The notes below the pieces were generated by a model. The model saw nothing but the letters and a program-made list of their open reading frames with translations, ran no database searches and had not been told where the DNA came from. This document shows positions 50,795 to 64,000 of a stretch of DNA of 64,000 bases, in pieces; within the stretch, counting starts at the first letter, position 1, and each line of letters starts with the position of its first letter. The DNA is from Balanoglossus misakiensis (lineage: Eukaryota; Animalia; Hemichordata): the NCBI GenBank assembly GCA_040954595.2, contig CM082585.2, positions 11,931,863-11,995,862 on the forward strand, given 5' to 3'. The translations under genes were made by a program, and so were the position numbers.

Positions 50795-53700
50795 AGCTGT
50801 TTGTGAGAAATTGGATTCGTTGGCGGATTAGAAATGGTGGGTTTCGCGTCACAGAGTCAGGAGGGGACCGTGCTTTAGTTGTGGACACTCAGCCGCAACT
50901 ACCCAGTCTGAATGAGGACAGACAGGGATGTTTAGCATTCTCTTTAACAAGGTCAGCGTACCTCAGCCGGGGCCAGATATTATTTATAGTGTTTATTGGG
51001 ACTCTATAAGCCTGGTGTTGTCCGTACTGTACCTTAGGAGTAATTCATTAACTCAAAAAATACTGGCCAATATATATTATGGTACATCGGAGTGGTAGGG
51101 TAGCAAAAGGTGGTAAAAACCGATCTGACATTTTTTGCTGCAATGTTTGTGTAAGTGAACTGTGGGTGCAGAAGAAAGTAACCTTTGCATCTTGAATGTT
51201 CCAAATGTACAGTAAATCGGCGACACGGGTCATTAGCTGTCAACAGGGAGGGCGTATGACTTACAAAAAACACGAGGTGCAAAAGGCAAATTGTTGCATG
51301 ACCCTTGATGGCAGTATTATAACGCGACGAGATAAGAAACTAATTTACAACCAGCTTCGGGACTGGTACGGTTCAATGTGCTTTGTAGACTTGTATCACG
51401 TCATCCAGGGTGGAAAGCATGATCACAGAAACGTTGCTAAACTGATTTTGGTGGAACATGTGTGCTGAAGCTTGATTTCCAAGTGAAACACCACTGTCTC
51501 CACGATCACAACCGAATATTCACTTCATAAAATTTGTAAAATGGCGTGCAATCAGCAGCAACTTGAGTTGGTTTTGCCTACTTCTTGAAAAAATTATGAC
51601 GCCGTCCTTTGAAGTTAATACTACGTCGAAACGTGTTTGATTGACATTTCCACTCGTCTTTGTGTTTGTCGACAAGTCTAGGGTAGAATTACATGTTACG
51701 GGTTACAGGGACCAAGTGACATGAGTCTGGAAGATAAAACTCAGTGTTTGCTGAAAAATAAACCTCTGACCTGAAATGCATCATGAACAACATAATACCA
51801 CCATGGTAGTAAGTGTATGCATGAGAGGCGTTGAGGCAGTTCGTACTTAGCCTCGAAAATATCACACGCCATAAAAATACAATATAGGTGGAGTCGTACT
51901 TCATCCACCCGTTCTAGCCGCGTTCTGTTCAACACTAGCCCCAATCAGTTCGTTTGAATGTAGGGGGGACTTCTGATGGTAAGACCTGTGTGATCGTTCA
52001 TATAATATCAAGGTTCCTTTCGCACTGTTTGATCGCAGAAGGTAAAGTACAAACGAAGAAATACCATTTCACGGCTAAGCATTTGGTGTCACTTGCGTAT
52101 ACTTTAGGTACACATCGTTGTATCAGCACCGAACAACGTTGAGATGTCGAAACCATTCATGGACAGAATCTTATAAAGTTCTTTTTTTCGTTATTAGTCC
52201 ACAAAGTCTTTTGGAATCACTTTGTTTCATTATTCACGAAAATCAATGTGCCATTTCCACTTTCCATAAATCTGACAGGTTATATTATTTACCATCCAAA
52301 AAGTCTCACAGTCAGATATTCAGGGACCTTAATTTCATTTCAACCAATCGCCTTCCGTCTGAAAACAAAAAGTTTGAAATCTCGCCCAGAATCCACCGAT
52401 CCAAACAGAACAGCGCCGCTACATGTTGGCAATGCAAACCACGAACTTTAGCCTCTCAGGACAGACCCTTGATGAAGCTTGGTATTGTCATGCGCATTAA
52501 CAAACGGTGCTTCTGGTTTTATTGCAAGACTGTCATATAAATTTATTGATACCGAGAGGCAATTGTGAAGACGGGGTCGAACTACAGAGATTCGGGCTGC
52601 CATTGTCGGGGAGGGGTGTCTCTTTCGACGGAGAATGTCTGATTCCAGTTCGAAACAATGTAAACTGAAGGCATATGATTTTGATTTGGGTACTGGCCGA
52701 AGAAAGCAGCAAATAACCTTTACGGTCGAGATTTTATACAGGTATAAACATTTGTTTGGAAAGTCGACTTCGATCTCTGAAAATGGCATGGTTGTGAACT
52801 TTCCCGACAGGAGAGGCTCATCCATGGAAATAAAGGCCCAACGACAATATCCTCTGATACAAAACATTTGGATGACAGTATCCTATTTTGGCAGTGTCGG
52901 ATTTCATTGTTGTTGCTTTATTGGACTTATACGATGATCATGGCCAGCCATGAAAGGTCACAATGGAAGTCCAACCAATTCGGGTCATCATATGGACCAT
53001 AGACACTACAATCACACAAGTAACCCGCCTTTGTACATGCATATGTAATGCATTCCTGTTTTGATGAATATTGGCATGGTATACACAATACACAATGCGT
53101 TGCGGTAAATGCATACTTAGAGGCAAGAATAAACATACAAATGTACTTAGCAGATCATAATGAACGTTGGGTGCTTTTAAAGTCGCCATGTGGACCTATA
53201 ATAAAAAATACTAAAAACGTCAACAGGAAAACTCACCTTGCGTTCCACTTGTTTTACTGGAAGCACACCCCATTTAGTCTGCTTACGTGGCTAGATTAAT
53301 ATTATTCGACTTAAAAGTTTGGAAATCAATCCCCGGTTCGTCGAAGCTTTCACCTTGGCAGGAGTGGTCACTCTGTGTCAAGACTCTCTCAGTTCAAATG
53401 TTGCCGCAATGGTCATTTGAAACGTTGGCGTCAATTATCTCCTTGGCAACGACGTGTTTGTACCTACAGGTGGTGTCACCCAAGATAAGTTCACCAAGCA
53501 ACGGTTCACTGGGTTTTGTGGAACAGCGCCCGCATCATGGTCGCTGTGTAATAATAAACTTCAGTGACTGACGGGCAAGGAGGATAAGTAGTGTCTATAA
53601 TCAGTATGCATCGGACGGATGTGCTTGAGACGTTGACATCCACAGCATTATTCAATTACATTAATTATTTATCATTAATACGAAATCCAGCCAAGTTTAA

Positions 53701-56700
53701 TTAATAGGCTGTTATTGGGATTCCAGTTGGTGTACGTGAGCTGAATAAAGAAAAAGAGAGACTTGTAAAATGTAAGAATCAAATGTCTAGGATGCAAGGA
53801 GACAATAATCGACATCGTCCGAACACCTGCTAACGTGTATTTTACGTCCTACTGTTCACATACAGAGCCGTAAAAAGTCGCAACATTGCAATACGTATTC
53901 ATTTTTTCTTGGTCCCTGGCTGGGGTTCGTCGTGCCGCAAGGTGTCATGGGAAATTACCACAACCGCTGATGATGCGATTATTTTCCTGTTTCATTAGCA
54001 TTCAGGGGATGGCGGTCGGCATCATTTCCGATCAATTACGGTCGGCTAATTAGGAAAATGTGGGTTGCACCAAAGGTGACCAGACGTGATGGGAATATTG
54101 TGCAGTTTCTCGATCATGAACTTCGGTTTTAATTGACGCATTCTGATCCCTCCTGTGATGGCCTCATTCTCCTACCAACCAAGTGCTGTTGGGCGATATC
54201 TATTCCATATTCAAATTTTATTAATATTTCACATTTTTATGATGGATAATGCAGCTGATCCCCGCCACACTGATGGTCGTGTCTGAGTTTATGTACTTGT
54301 TTGTTTTTCTCCACTGTGAGGCACAGCATTCATTTTCTGGCGTCAACTTGTCGATCACCTGAGAAAATTGTCCGCTAAAATGTGACCTTATTCTTCAGTG
54401 AAGTGAACTTCAACTATATTTGCTCGACAACAGTTTTTCTGAGGTTCCGGTAGATGGCAAGTCGGTGTAGCTTTGTGTTGATGCTGTCGTAACACGGATC
54501 ACGGATTCCTACATCATTCTCACAAGGACAAATGGAAACGCTTGTGTCATCATCTTCGGACAACCGAAAGTATCAGATCAGCTCTGAATGCAAGTGATTT
54601 TGGCCCCTTTGTCGTTTCTTGGACAGAATGTGTATCTAGATAATATTTTCTATCAAGAAAAGACGCTGTGGTATATTGGCATCTCACGGCGACGTTGCAC
54701 CACCTATAGGTGATATATCTGCTGTCTAAAGTTGTCCGACACCTTCCTAGGCTGGTAATATTTTTTCGCGGTTGCAGTTCTCTATCGACGGCTAACAGGA
54801 CTGTGAACGGCAACTTTGGCTCCAACAGCGCCAGGAAATCGTCCCAGAGGACCTTCGTGATCCATCCGTGGGAACATCACGTGACCACCACTCGGCAAAC
54901 ATAAAGCGCCATCGTTCGTGACCCGCATGTGTTTTTCTTGTCCTTTCATTAGATGGCAGTAAACCGCATCAATGGATATCCAATTTACTCATGGCAAGGC
55001 ATTAATCTTCTGCGACGCACTCTTGGGGAATGCTCTTAGGGGAACCCACCACTAAGCTTTCCCGCAGCTGCTCGTTAGAGGCTGCACGCCCCCATCATCA
55101 ATATCATCACCCCGGGCAACAACCCTTCTCGTTCAGTTTACATCTTAAGGTCAAGTTCACCACCGGTCTTCCGAATACGTTGTCGACATCTGTGTTGCGG
55201 TGACCTGATCGTCGACCCCATGTTAGCAAATTTAACACACGCTGTTAATCAAGGATGCACGTTCTCGTGAACTGCAGTGGGTCATTTTCGGTCGAGACAA
55301 CATTTAATAATGAATGACGCCCTCTAGAAAACACGATTGGGATGTGTCGAAGTCCAGGTATTATTGATCAAGATAATGTCAGCATAGTGATGCCAGCGAC
55401 TGTTTAATCAAGGATCTACACGAGGAAAGCATAATATCTTAACATTTACATAACAAACTATTATATTGAATTAAGATGTCTATCGACTGGACAGGTTCTT
55501 GACGCCTTCCGATTCAAAAGCTTTGGCAAATATTAGACCTTCATCCCATTTTTGGACTCGTATCGCGAACAAGTCCTGCAAGAGAAATTTGTATGTTTTC
55601 ACTGAAGATTTTTGGAAAGCGTGTTCGAAGTTATACGAGGTGAAGGGTTGTTGCTAGTCGTGTAATTTAAGACTTGTATCGCAAGACGTGCAGCGAAGAT
55701 CGGATTTTACACAAGTATGGATACGTTCCTCCGTAGATAGTTTTGATATTACACACGCCTGAGGAAATAAAGAAACTCGAAGATTTTCTCTCTCTCTCGT
55801 TCTACTGGTTGACAGGGGAATCGGTTCTGACATGACTCTGTTCGGAGAGCACCCGAGCTGTTTCGCCTTTCTGCCACCAAGGATGGACCCGACCATGATT
55901 GGTTCGGTTCACGAGGTTTTCTATGGTAGGTGGTCGCCCTTTCTCGATCTTTTGCTTCTTCCTAGACATCGCACGTTGTTTTGACACGGTTCCTGGTATT
56001 GTTTTGATGAGGCAACTTACTCAACATGCATAATCTTGTGCAACGAATGCTCAAAGTGTATAAAAAATTGTAGCTTGCAGTGGATGCGCATTTGCATCCC
56101 TGTTTCTGTCATCTGCTATCCTTTATCGAAAACTAATCATTAATTTGTCTTTGTTCAATATCAGGCGTGTCCAGCTTTTTCTCAGATAGGGGTTGATGAA
56201 TTTCGTTGTCGCATCACAAAGTTACTTTGTTGTTGCAATGCGAGAAGAGTGGTAAATGTTTTGCCTGCGTCGCAAGTATCCTCCGATAAGATATACGCTT
56301 GTACATGCAGTCATGCACATAATACGAACTTTATGAGTTTCTGTTGAAAGTGATTTGAGACTTCGCGTTCTGTGATCTGGAAGACCTTTACCTCAAGCCA
56401 GATTCGAAACACGACTGCATATTACAGCATTGTTTACAAAGGCATTTTTATATAACCGTGTTAATATGTAATGACGGCTCGAATTGATACAAGTCACGTT
56501 CCGAATGGACAATCACGGTCCTGGATAACAGATAAGGTGCCGCACCAAACTAGGTTCGGGCGGACGTTGTTGCACAGATAGTCTATGTAGACAGTCACCC
56601 CCGGTTACTGAGCCCAGGTTTTAAATAGTACGTTGGAATTATCCAGGTGGCAAATGTCCCGGGGTTTAGCACCCTGATTTACTCAGTCAATTTTTACATT

Positions 56701-57409
56701 TCTTAGAACTACGATAACATGTTAAAATATAGCTCAGAGAAAACGAGACACTGAGCGTCTGAGCAAGCAGTGATATTCGATGTTTTTCCACAACACAAGC
56801 AAAAAGCTCAGGCTGCTTTTAGTGCTTTGGACAGAAATGAGTCATTCGACATGGGAGATATAAATGGACTGAACATTTTATCAGGGCTTAACAGACACAG
56901 CTGGGACATGACGGTCATCACTCAACTGGAAGTGTGGACACGTGTGCGGCGATAATTGAAAGCTATGAAGTGCATTGACCTTGTATGTTTTCTGGAAGGG
57001 CAACCAAGGACGATGCATGGTGAATTGAAATGGTGTGTTGGGATGTGTAGCATAATTTATTCACACGTCTCTGATTAATGGCAATTTGAACCACATTTCA
57101 AATATAACATTTTGTTTATTTTCATTTGCATATTAATCGGTAGAAAAGCTACCATCACTAGAGTTTAACAAATCAATGAAGCCAAAAATACTGCTGAGAC
57201 GATCAGCATACTTCTACATATAAACTCAATTCCCTTCACATAAACAGGCAACACCATACTTTCGATAGTTGGACAAGCACACAAAGTGAGTCATGTAACG
57301 CAGTGTCTGGTTGGTAGCTTTTGTGTTAACTCAGGGTTTTCTGCCTGTCCTAACCAATTACGAAGTAACTCTTTCATTGAAAGTCTGTGATCAGAACGTA
57401 GAAGATTCC

Positions 57410-58305
57410 TTAGAATGTCTCCTGCTTTTCTTCCTCCACTGGCTCAAAGAAAGAATTCATCTTCTTATAAACACTGAATTCCTTCGTAGCAACATAATAT
57501 CCTAAGACAGCCTGATAAATGACAATTGTCATGAACCTAGATTTCATATGCCTGTTCATCTTGGAATAAAACTTCCACATTCCCACCAGTCCCTGTCTTT
57601 GTGGAACATCAACTGTTTTGTACCGGAGTGCCAAGGAAGTGACCAAAGGAATGGCCATTGCAGTTGGATAGACGGCACCTGTAACCAAGATCAGAGAAAT
57701 ATTAGACAGCGCCCTCTATAGCTGAGATTTTGTATATACGAATTGTGATATTGCATACAGCTTTATTATCAAAAAGGGCTTTTTAGGATTGATTAATTAA
57801 TTAGAAGAGAATGTTGATTGTGCAACTCACCAACAAACACATTCAAGAGAGTTCCCCTGATTTGTGTACAAACGGCACAGTTCATTTTTCCAAGCAGAAT
57901 GGGTATATTCATGAAGGTATGCCAGCAGAGAGCTGTGGTCACAAACGGTACGGCAACCATCGGGAGACTGGACAAGAGAAAGCCAGCTCTGACCTTCATC
58001 ATCCGTCTGTAGAATGAGAGACTGACTAAGCCCGTGAATGAGGAGTTGAGAGACAGGGCCAGCATGCCGGTCTGAAAGGGCCATCTGAGGAATAAGAGAC
58101 AGTGATTTGACTTTGTAAATCAGAACAAAAATGTGGACAATGTTAGACAACACATTGTACTCTGTTAAAAGTATGGTCAAACTTACCCTTCCTTGTTTGG
58201 TAATTGAGAAATAGCCTTCCACTGCAAGTCAAGTACTTCTTTTTCAGAGAGATACTCCTCGTAAACTTCCGTCTTTCCCGGGTTTTCAGGCATTTTCCTT
58301 TCCAT
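57410..58305 (-). CDS. TMEM126A: Transmembrane protein 126 (mitochondrial inner membrane, complex I assembly family, DUF1370), 213 aa, complete
   Basis: Exons 58187-58305, 57831-58084, 57410-57678 (642 nt). SLPMVAVPF, NCAVCTQIRG and GAVYPTAMAIP..LALRY match TMEM126A (LPMAGIPF, NCETCTITRS, GGLYPVFLAIP..LAARY). Four hydrophobic segments. Likely a co-orthologue of TMEM126A and TMEM126B. Confidence 0.88.
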
Positions 58306-59193
58306 ATTGCTAAAATGGAAAAGTGATGCGTGTTTTCAGTAAATTTAAGGGAAAATAGATCAATGGATTTGAGTGAAATAACACGGAGTGACACTGTCTG
58401 TATCAAGTTGCGTTATTGATATTCTAGTCGGTTCCTTGGATTAAGCCATGCATACAGAAATAGATATCTATGATTTTAATCTCTACATATCTGGTGTGAA
58501 CTCAGATAAACCTTTCATTTCACTAGCCAATTTTGACACAAAATACTTAGTTTTTAGATTCAAAATATATTTACTACGTAAATGGATTTAATTTTCAATA
58601 CCTGAATCGACACAACTTTGAAAAAAGAACACGGAAAAAGAAAAACAGTTACGAGTACACAATCAATATTGCCAGTGAGGGCGCTACCCATTATTAGAAG
58701 TACGTGTATGTACATTGTGAAAACTGCGCATACACAGAACATTTTTTATTAGAATATATAAACACGATGCTATTAATAGCCAGGGATATTTCCGATGTCG
58801 ATTTACTTCGTGTCACGAACGAGACAGTTTAGAGATCGCACGTGGCTGGGTCAAACCAGGTCACACGGGTCACGATCTTTTGACAAGTCACCCGAACTGA
58901 GATGACCTTCGATTATGAAAACAAGCTAAACTTCACATTCTCCGAGACTTATGATGTCGATAAAACATGTCAGAGCTAACAGATGTTTCTCAAGTAAACG
59001 TGTACCATTTTGTATGATCTTCCAAACCCAGGCAAATCTAATTTCCAGTCTGTTCTGTGTACAATGAAATGAACATGTGCATGCGTAGTGCAATCGACAT
59101 GTTGTCGATTTCAGAATGTGTGGGAACCAGAGATAGAAGGGAGGCGCGCTGCATGAGGCGGATCGCAAAAGAACAGGACAGAATCTGAATTAC

Positions 59194-59290
59194 CTTGCAA
59201 TCAGTTACTCTCTTTGGTGATGATCATGTAACGATCCAGTACAGTATTTGGGAGAGATAATCACAACTGATGCATGCAGTCATGCCTGTC
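59194..59290 (-). other. Probable non-coding first exon of TMEM126
   Basis: Donor aag|gtaatt at 59193. The exon carrying the ATG has an acceptor (ttttag at 58310) 4 nt upstream of the ATG, which implies an upstream exon. The 5' end is approximate. Confidence 0.5.
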
Positions 59291-59620
59291 AGTTAACAGG
59301 CCAATGCGCTTGCGCAGGTAGAAACATCGTGGTAAAAAACATATTTTCGAGTGTTTTCATCGCGAAATTTTCACCATTAAAATGAACATGAAAGGTTTGA
59401 TACTATAGGGTTCCCGTCAACTCAAAATTATGCTCCAAAAGGCGACAATAATGGCGAAACTAACCATGCTAATTGGGCCTCGTTAACTTAACATTGGTCA
59501 AAGGGTCATTTAGGTCACATGATCAAAGCATCGTTGTCCTAGGACGCCATCTTGGATTGTACGAAGTTTTCTAGTTCTGAACGAATCTAATTTTACCGCC
59601 CGCTGACGTCGCAAATTTTG
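59290..59620. promoter_or_regulatory. Candidate bidirectional promoter between TMEM126 (-) and DLG (+)
   Basis: Head-to-head genes. CCAAT at 59301, NRF1-like TGCGCTTGCGCA at 59305-59316, ATTGG near 59493, YY1-like CGCCATCTT at 59545-59553, CRE-like TGACGTC near 59605. Confidence 0.55.
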
Positions 59621-59783
59621 TTTGCCAGTATTGCCAGGATATAGGGTGACTTGATTTGGGTCGCGTTCTGTGGTTTTGTTTGCATTTGCTTACATTTTTT
59701 TAGCGCGCGGTCAACTTTCCCTCAGGGTGTGCCCGTGTTTAACTGACAAGCTGGATCTTCAATTGCAATACACGGTGCAACAA

Positions 59784-60064
59784 ATGCCTGTACGAAAACA
59801 AGGTGAGTTTCGTGAGAAAACTGTGCGTCGCTGACGACAGTTTGTTCAGAAAACCCCTAGCACGTCGTGTCCACATCTTCTCACGGCTATTTCGTTCACA
59901 ATTTTTGCATTTCCTTTTTCATTTACACACAGACGCTCACCGAGCGCTTGAGCTGCTCGAAGAATACCATGGCAGGCTTACGAAGCCCGGTGATCGACCC
60001 TTACGAACAGCAATCGAAAGGGTCATTCGGATTTTCAAGAGCCGTTTATTCCAAGCATTGCTCG
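59784..60064 (+). CDS. DLG1: Discs large (DLG1/SAP97-type MAGUK), first two coding exons encoding the N-terminal L27 domain; gene continues beyond the right edge
   Basis: Exon 59784-59802 (ATG CCT GTA CGA AAA CAA G|gtgag) plus exon 59933-60064 give [50 protein letters not shown], closely matching SAP97 [22 protein letters not shown]...IERVINIFQSNLFQALI. Confidence 0.95.
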
Positions 60065-63000
60065 GTAGGTAGATTTTTATCGCACGCAGTCGCGCATTCC
60101 TCGCATATTAATAGCAGAAATGCTGGCTGGTTTTCCGCATTCCCTATTACCCATTGTAATGAACATGCATATGTATGCGAGTAGTGCGTGTCAGTTTCAA
60201 AACAAGTCCGCTTGTGAATGTGGGTCATTTATTTATGCATGATCGGCCGCTGAAGTTGATTCGCAGGACGTTCTGCAATTCTGTCAGCGACCGATCCAGC
60301 TTAGCGGCGTTTCCATGGCAACGTCGAAAGAGTGAATTTGTTGTTGAACTCTACCCGATGACAATTGACAACTTCCGTTGCGAAAGGATGCCTGGTCTAG
60401 CCTGTCGGGCTTCTTAACTTTCCCACCATTTACCTGTCAACAGCCATACCAAATCATGCATATGCATGATGCTATTGTAATCACCTATAGAATGTTTGAA
60501 AGGCAAACATTTGCCCTTTCAAGTTTCCCATGAATTGAGGTTTTCTATCAAACGGGGTGTATAGTTGTGGCTGGTCCCAGGGACAGCTCATTGAAAAGTG
60601 GTCGACGCTAATCGACTATTCGAGAAACCGTACAAGAGGGAGCTATTTTGATGGATTGCAAAGTACAAAAGGGATTACTCTCAGTCTGATAAGTTAGAAT
60701 GTGTGAGTTCCACTAACCCATTACATCATGAGCATCCAAAAGATGGATTTTTAGGTATTCGAAGCAACCTGGGCAGGAAAAGTGTCAAGGGTTTATTACT
60801 CACACAGAAAATTCAAGTAGGAAGTTTTTTATTCACAACACACTCCATTGTCAGTGATTATTATGCATATTGGGTTTTCATTTGCAACAGTTGTTCTGTA
60901 CTTTTTGTCTCTTGATGTACGGAGACTATTTATAGTCCCATAGAAAATATGCAAACTTGAAAACTGGCATATTTTAAGCATTGATTGGTGACCAAACTCA
61001 ACCTTGTTTATTTTTATTTTTCTCGCCCATATTGCTGAGAACCACATCACGTTTCACATCATTCCATTATTCAGAAAAAAAAAACGAATTTTGAGCTAAA
61101 TGACTTTGAAGTTATTAAGGCTTGTCACTATAAAATTATTGATAATTCTTCCATAAAGATAAATAATGATTAGTCAAATGAATTGTTTTAAAATATGGAC
61201 TTTATTGGTCATGTAGACCATGTAGTACTTGTAATTAACAGATTACATCATGGTCTCCTTGGAGACAGACTGAGGCAAACATCCAGTGTTAGGAAATTTA
61301 TGTCTGTCATAATTTTTAGTTTTTGGATTCTGGGTGGTCATGGTGATTCTTTATCCAAGGATTGTCTGTGTTTGGGAATATTTTCGATGCACATGTGTTG
61401 ATGGCTGACATGACTTGAACCTGTCAGCGTCACCATTTACAACTAGGTGAATGATGTCTCTCTGCATCTTGCATGCTGTCATGTAGGTCAAGGCAAGTCA
61501 TCAGTCTTAACATGAGAAAGAGGGTTGAGTCTTACATTATTCTAACCAAGAAATGTAAAAAAATGTTTCATCAAAAAGATATGCAAGTACAAATACATGT
61601 ACATGTAAAAAGATTGGTGGTTTTAATAACCCTCCAATCAGATTTTACTGAGTTGGAGGTAAGAAACTGGGTGTGGCTTTTGCCAAATTCTTGTCTATTC
61701 TGATGATAATTAGACAACCACTGAAATTCAGAGGTTAGTGTATTCACCAATGAATGTGAAGCATGTCATGACTACGTTCCTGATTTATGTGAGGTGTCTG
61801 GTCTCTGGCAGCTTTTGGATTTAGTCAGTCAAGGTGGAAGTGGTGCTTGTGTGATTGAAATGGAGCTTTGAGTCTCTGATGAAGTGTAGTGGTATTGTGA
61901 GAAGTAACTGGGCCCCCTCCACCCACTTGCAATGTTTTGGCCGAGTCTATCAAATAATACGCCACTCCTGGGCAACCAGTGTTAGTATTGTTTACTTTGC
62001 TGTAAACATTACTGGCAACATGCAACAGTGTATTTGCCAACAGGCCTTATTGTCAAGCATCCAAAGCGCTTGGAACAAGGGGTCTGACTATAATATTGTG
62101 GTGGGCCGTTGGTGTTTGTATCACTATGAAAGAATTATGTTCGTAGCTGTTGAGTAACAGATATTCATGGAGTCTGGTGTGATAGGGTTTTGAAAAAAAA
62201 AACACCTTTTTTCGACCCTTGTGTAATTTAAAAACAGGATTTTTCTGCATCAGTTAGTGAGGCGTTTTCTTTATCACACTAGAATATAACAGTTTTGCTC
62301 TCTGGTGAGCAAAAAGTTTTGCCGTCAGAATACACTCTAGTTATGACAGCATATTTGAAAGCCATTAGCTACAGCCGAGCCTCATAGACTAATGTTGAAA
62401 TTGATTTAAGATAAAATATTTGTTCAGTCTCCGAAGGCCTGAAAACCAAGGAAGGAAGGAAAGAAATATGATTGATGATAGGAATCTGAGTAGACATGGA
62501 TTCGATAAGGAAGTCCTGCATCTGAAAGGTAAAGGATATTAAACATCATGGCCACCACTATGCCTTTTATGAATTCCTGCAGATTGACTTGTAAGATTTG
62601 AAACGGTAAACTTATCAGAAAATGTGTTTTGCAGTAAATTTTCATCAATGTAATACACATGGACCTAACCGCGGGGGATTCGTGGCTCACGGAAAATCCT
62701 TGGAAATCCTTGAAGGTCATTTAAGTCCCGGAAAATGAAATTTAGTCGGAAGAAAGTACTGTACAATTGATTTAGCTGTCTGTGATTTCGTGATAGTTGC
62801 TGGAGAACTAACAGCTTTTTGCAGTCATTAAATTGTCAATTATTGAAATATTTCTCAATATCAGTGAGGTTTACCATTCAGGCACACAAATCTGGTGCAA
62901 TTAAGGGCCTGGAAAATGAGAGAATGTTCAGTCGGGATTTAAATTATTGAACAATTTGTGATGAATATGGGACTGTCCAGCAGTGACCAGGTCAGAGGTC

Positions 63001-64000
63001 ATGGTCATATTGTGTAACCATACTTAAAGTGACATGATGATGTCAACAGCTGCAAACTTATCATTCCGAATTGAGAAACTCTCTTAGCTTTCCAAATTAA
63101 CAAAAAAAGAAATATACTGTAGTTGACGACTTATTATTTACAGCCTCTGGGTGAATATTATCATTTCAATATTATTGATAATTCACAATTTATTAATTTA
63201 CCCGTAAGCCATGTAGTGTTGAAATAATTGTTTAAATGCATCGACTGATTAATTTTGACCTTTTCGTGGCTTATTCAAAACAACAGCATAAATTATTTGC
63301 ATTTTTACCTTGGGGCCAGTAAATGTTAATTCGTGTTTGTATGGTGGACATGGGTTAACATGTACATTTGGGCTTTGAATTGAGTAGATTTATCTTTGAA
63401 CAGAACAGAGCAAAGATGCTAAATGCATTGATAAACCATCAAAATCTGTTTAGGGTTGACAAGTAATGGATGATGATTCATGAATAAACTGTGGTATCAC
63501 ATTGCTATACCAGGACGGAATACCTATACATATTATACCTGAAATAACATGCAATGTGACAAGCCAGTCTTTGCCACTTACTCTATAATTTATTACTCTA
63601 ATGAGGCAGTTACAACAGCACTTAGTTGTACCTTTAAATGCCACTCCAAAAGTTGTCGACAAAAAGAATGGTTTAAAAGTGTGAGACATGCCTGGCTACA
63701 TCTGAGTAGATGCTCCAAGCGTGATAGCTCTTATTGTGTCAGCAAGAAAATAATATTGTGGAAGTGGAGATTAATGGTTTCCTACTCTTTCTGCCTGTGG
63801 TGTTTGATAAATTCTCCTTCCTCGTCCCAGCTTGAGAGGTAAATTCCAGAAGCATGACTTTGTTGGCCTTTTCCTGAAGATAAATCAGTGTAGGTTGGTT
63901 TGGTTTCTGAAGTAATTCATTGCAACAGTCTGATATTTTGACTGTTGCTCATCATTTGTTTATTAAACAAGATTTTAATTCACTGCTTGACTGGTTTCTT

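Noticed and set aside
50688-50888. ORF-track peptide ending in TGA just before the SULT PSB motif (pseudogene or selenocysteine?)
   Set aside because: Wrong frame; the true frame from ATG 50794 is open through YPKSG.
52118-53299. Overlapping 80-140 aa ORFs on both strands
   Set aside because: No homology or motif recognised and no coherent splice structure.

Overview
AT-rich, intron-rich animal genomic DNA with GT-AG introns; gene content and protein motifs suggest an invertebrate deuterostome (inference). Most of the six-frame ORFs supplied are spurious or are exon fragments. By hand-splicing I reconstructed five genes with consistent exon phases. (1) The 5' ~1115 codons (32 exons, minus strand, ATG 16676, running off the left edge) of a divergent inositol 1,4,5-trisphosphate receptor-like Ca2+ channel. 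(2) A complete neuroligin (7 coding exons, minus, 46937-19777, 716 aa, 23 kb first coding intron). (3) A complete cytosolic sulfotransferase (6 exons, minus, 328 aa). (4) A complete TMEM126 (3 coding exons, minus, 213 aa). (5) The first two exons (L27 domain) of discs large/DLG1 on the plus strand, head-to-head with TMEM126. Highlights: neuroligin sits about 13 kb from its PDZ-scaffold partner DLG, and the TMEM126-DLG pair mirrors vertebrate gene order. The IP3R-like protein has a remodelled ligand pocket and two in-frame, UGC-preceded microexon candidates. The neuroligin has a ~25 aa tail ending in a PDZ motif and a polybasic insert replacing the neurexin-binding loop. RFX X-box and CRE/ETS-CRE motifs recur. 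No RNA genes, CRISPR arrays or intact transposons were found.
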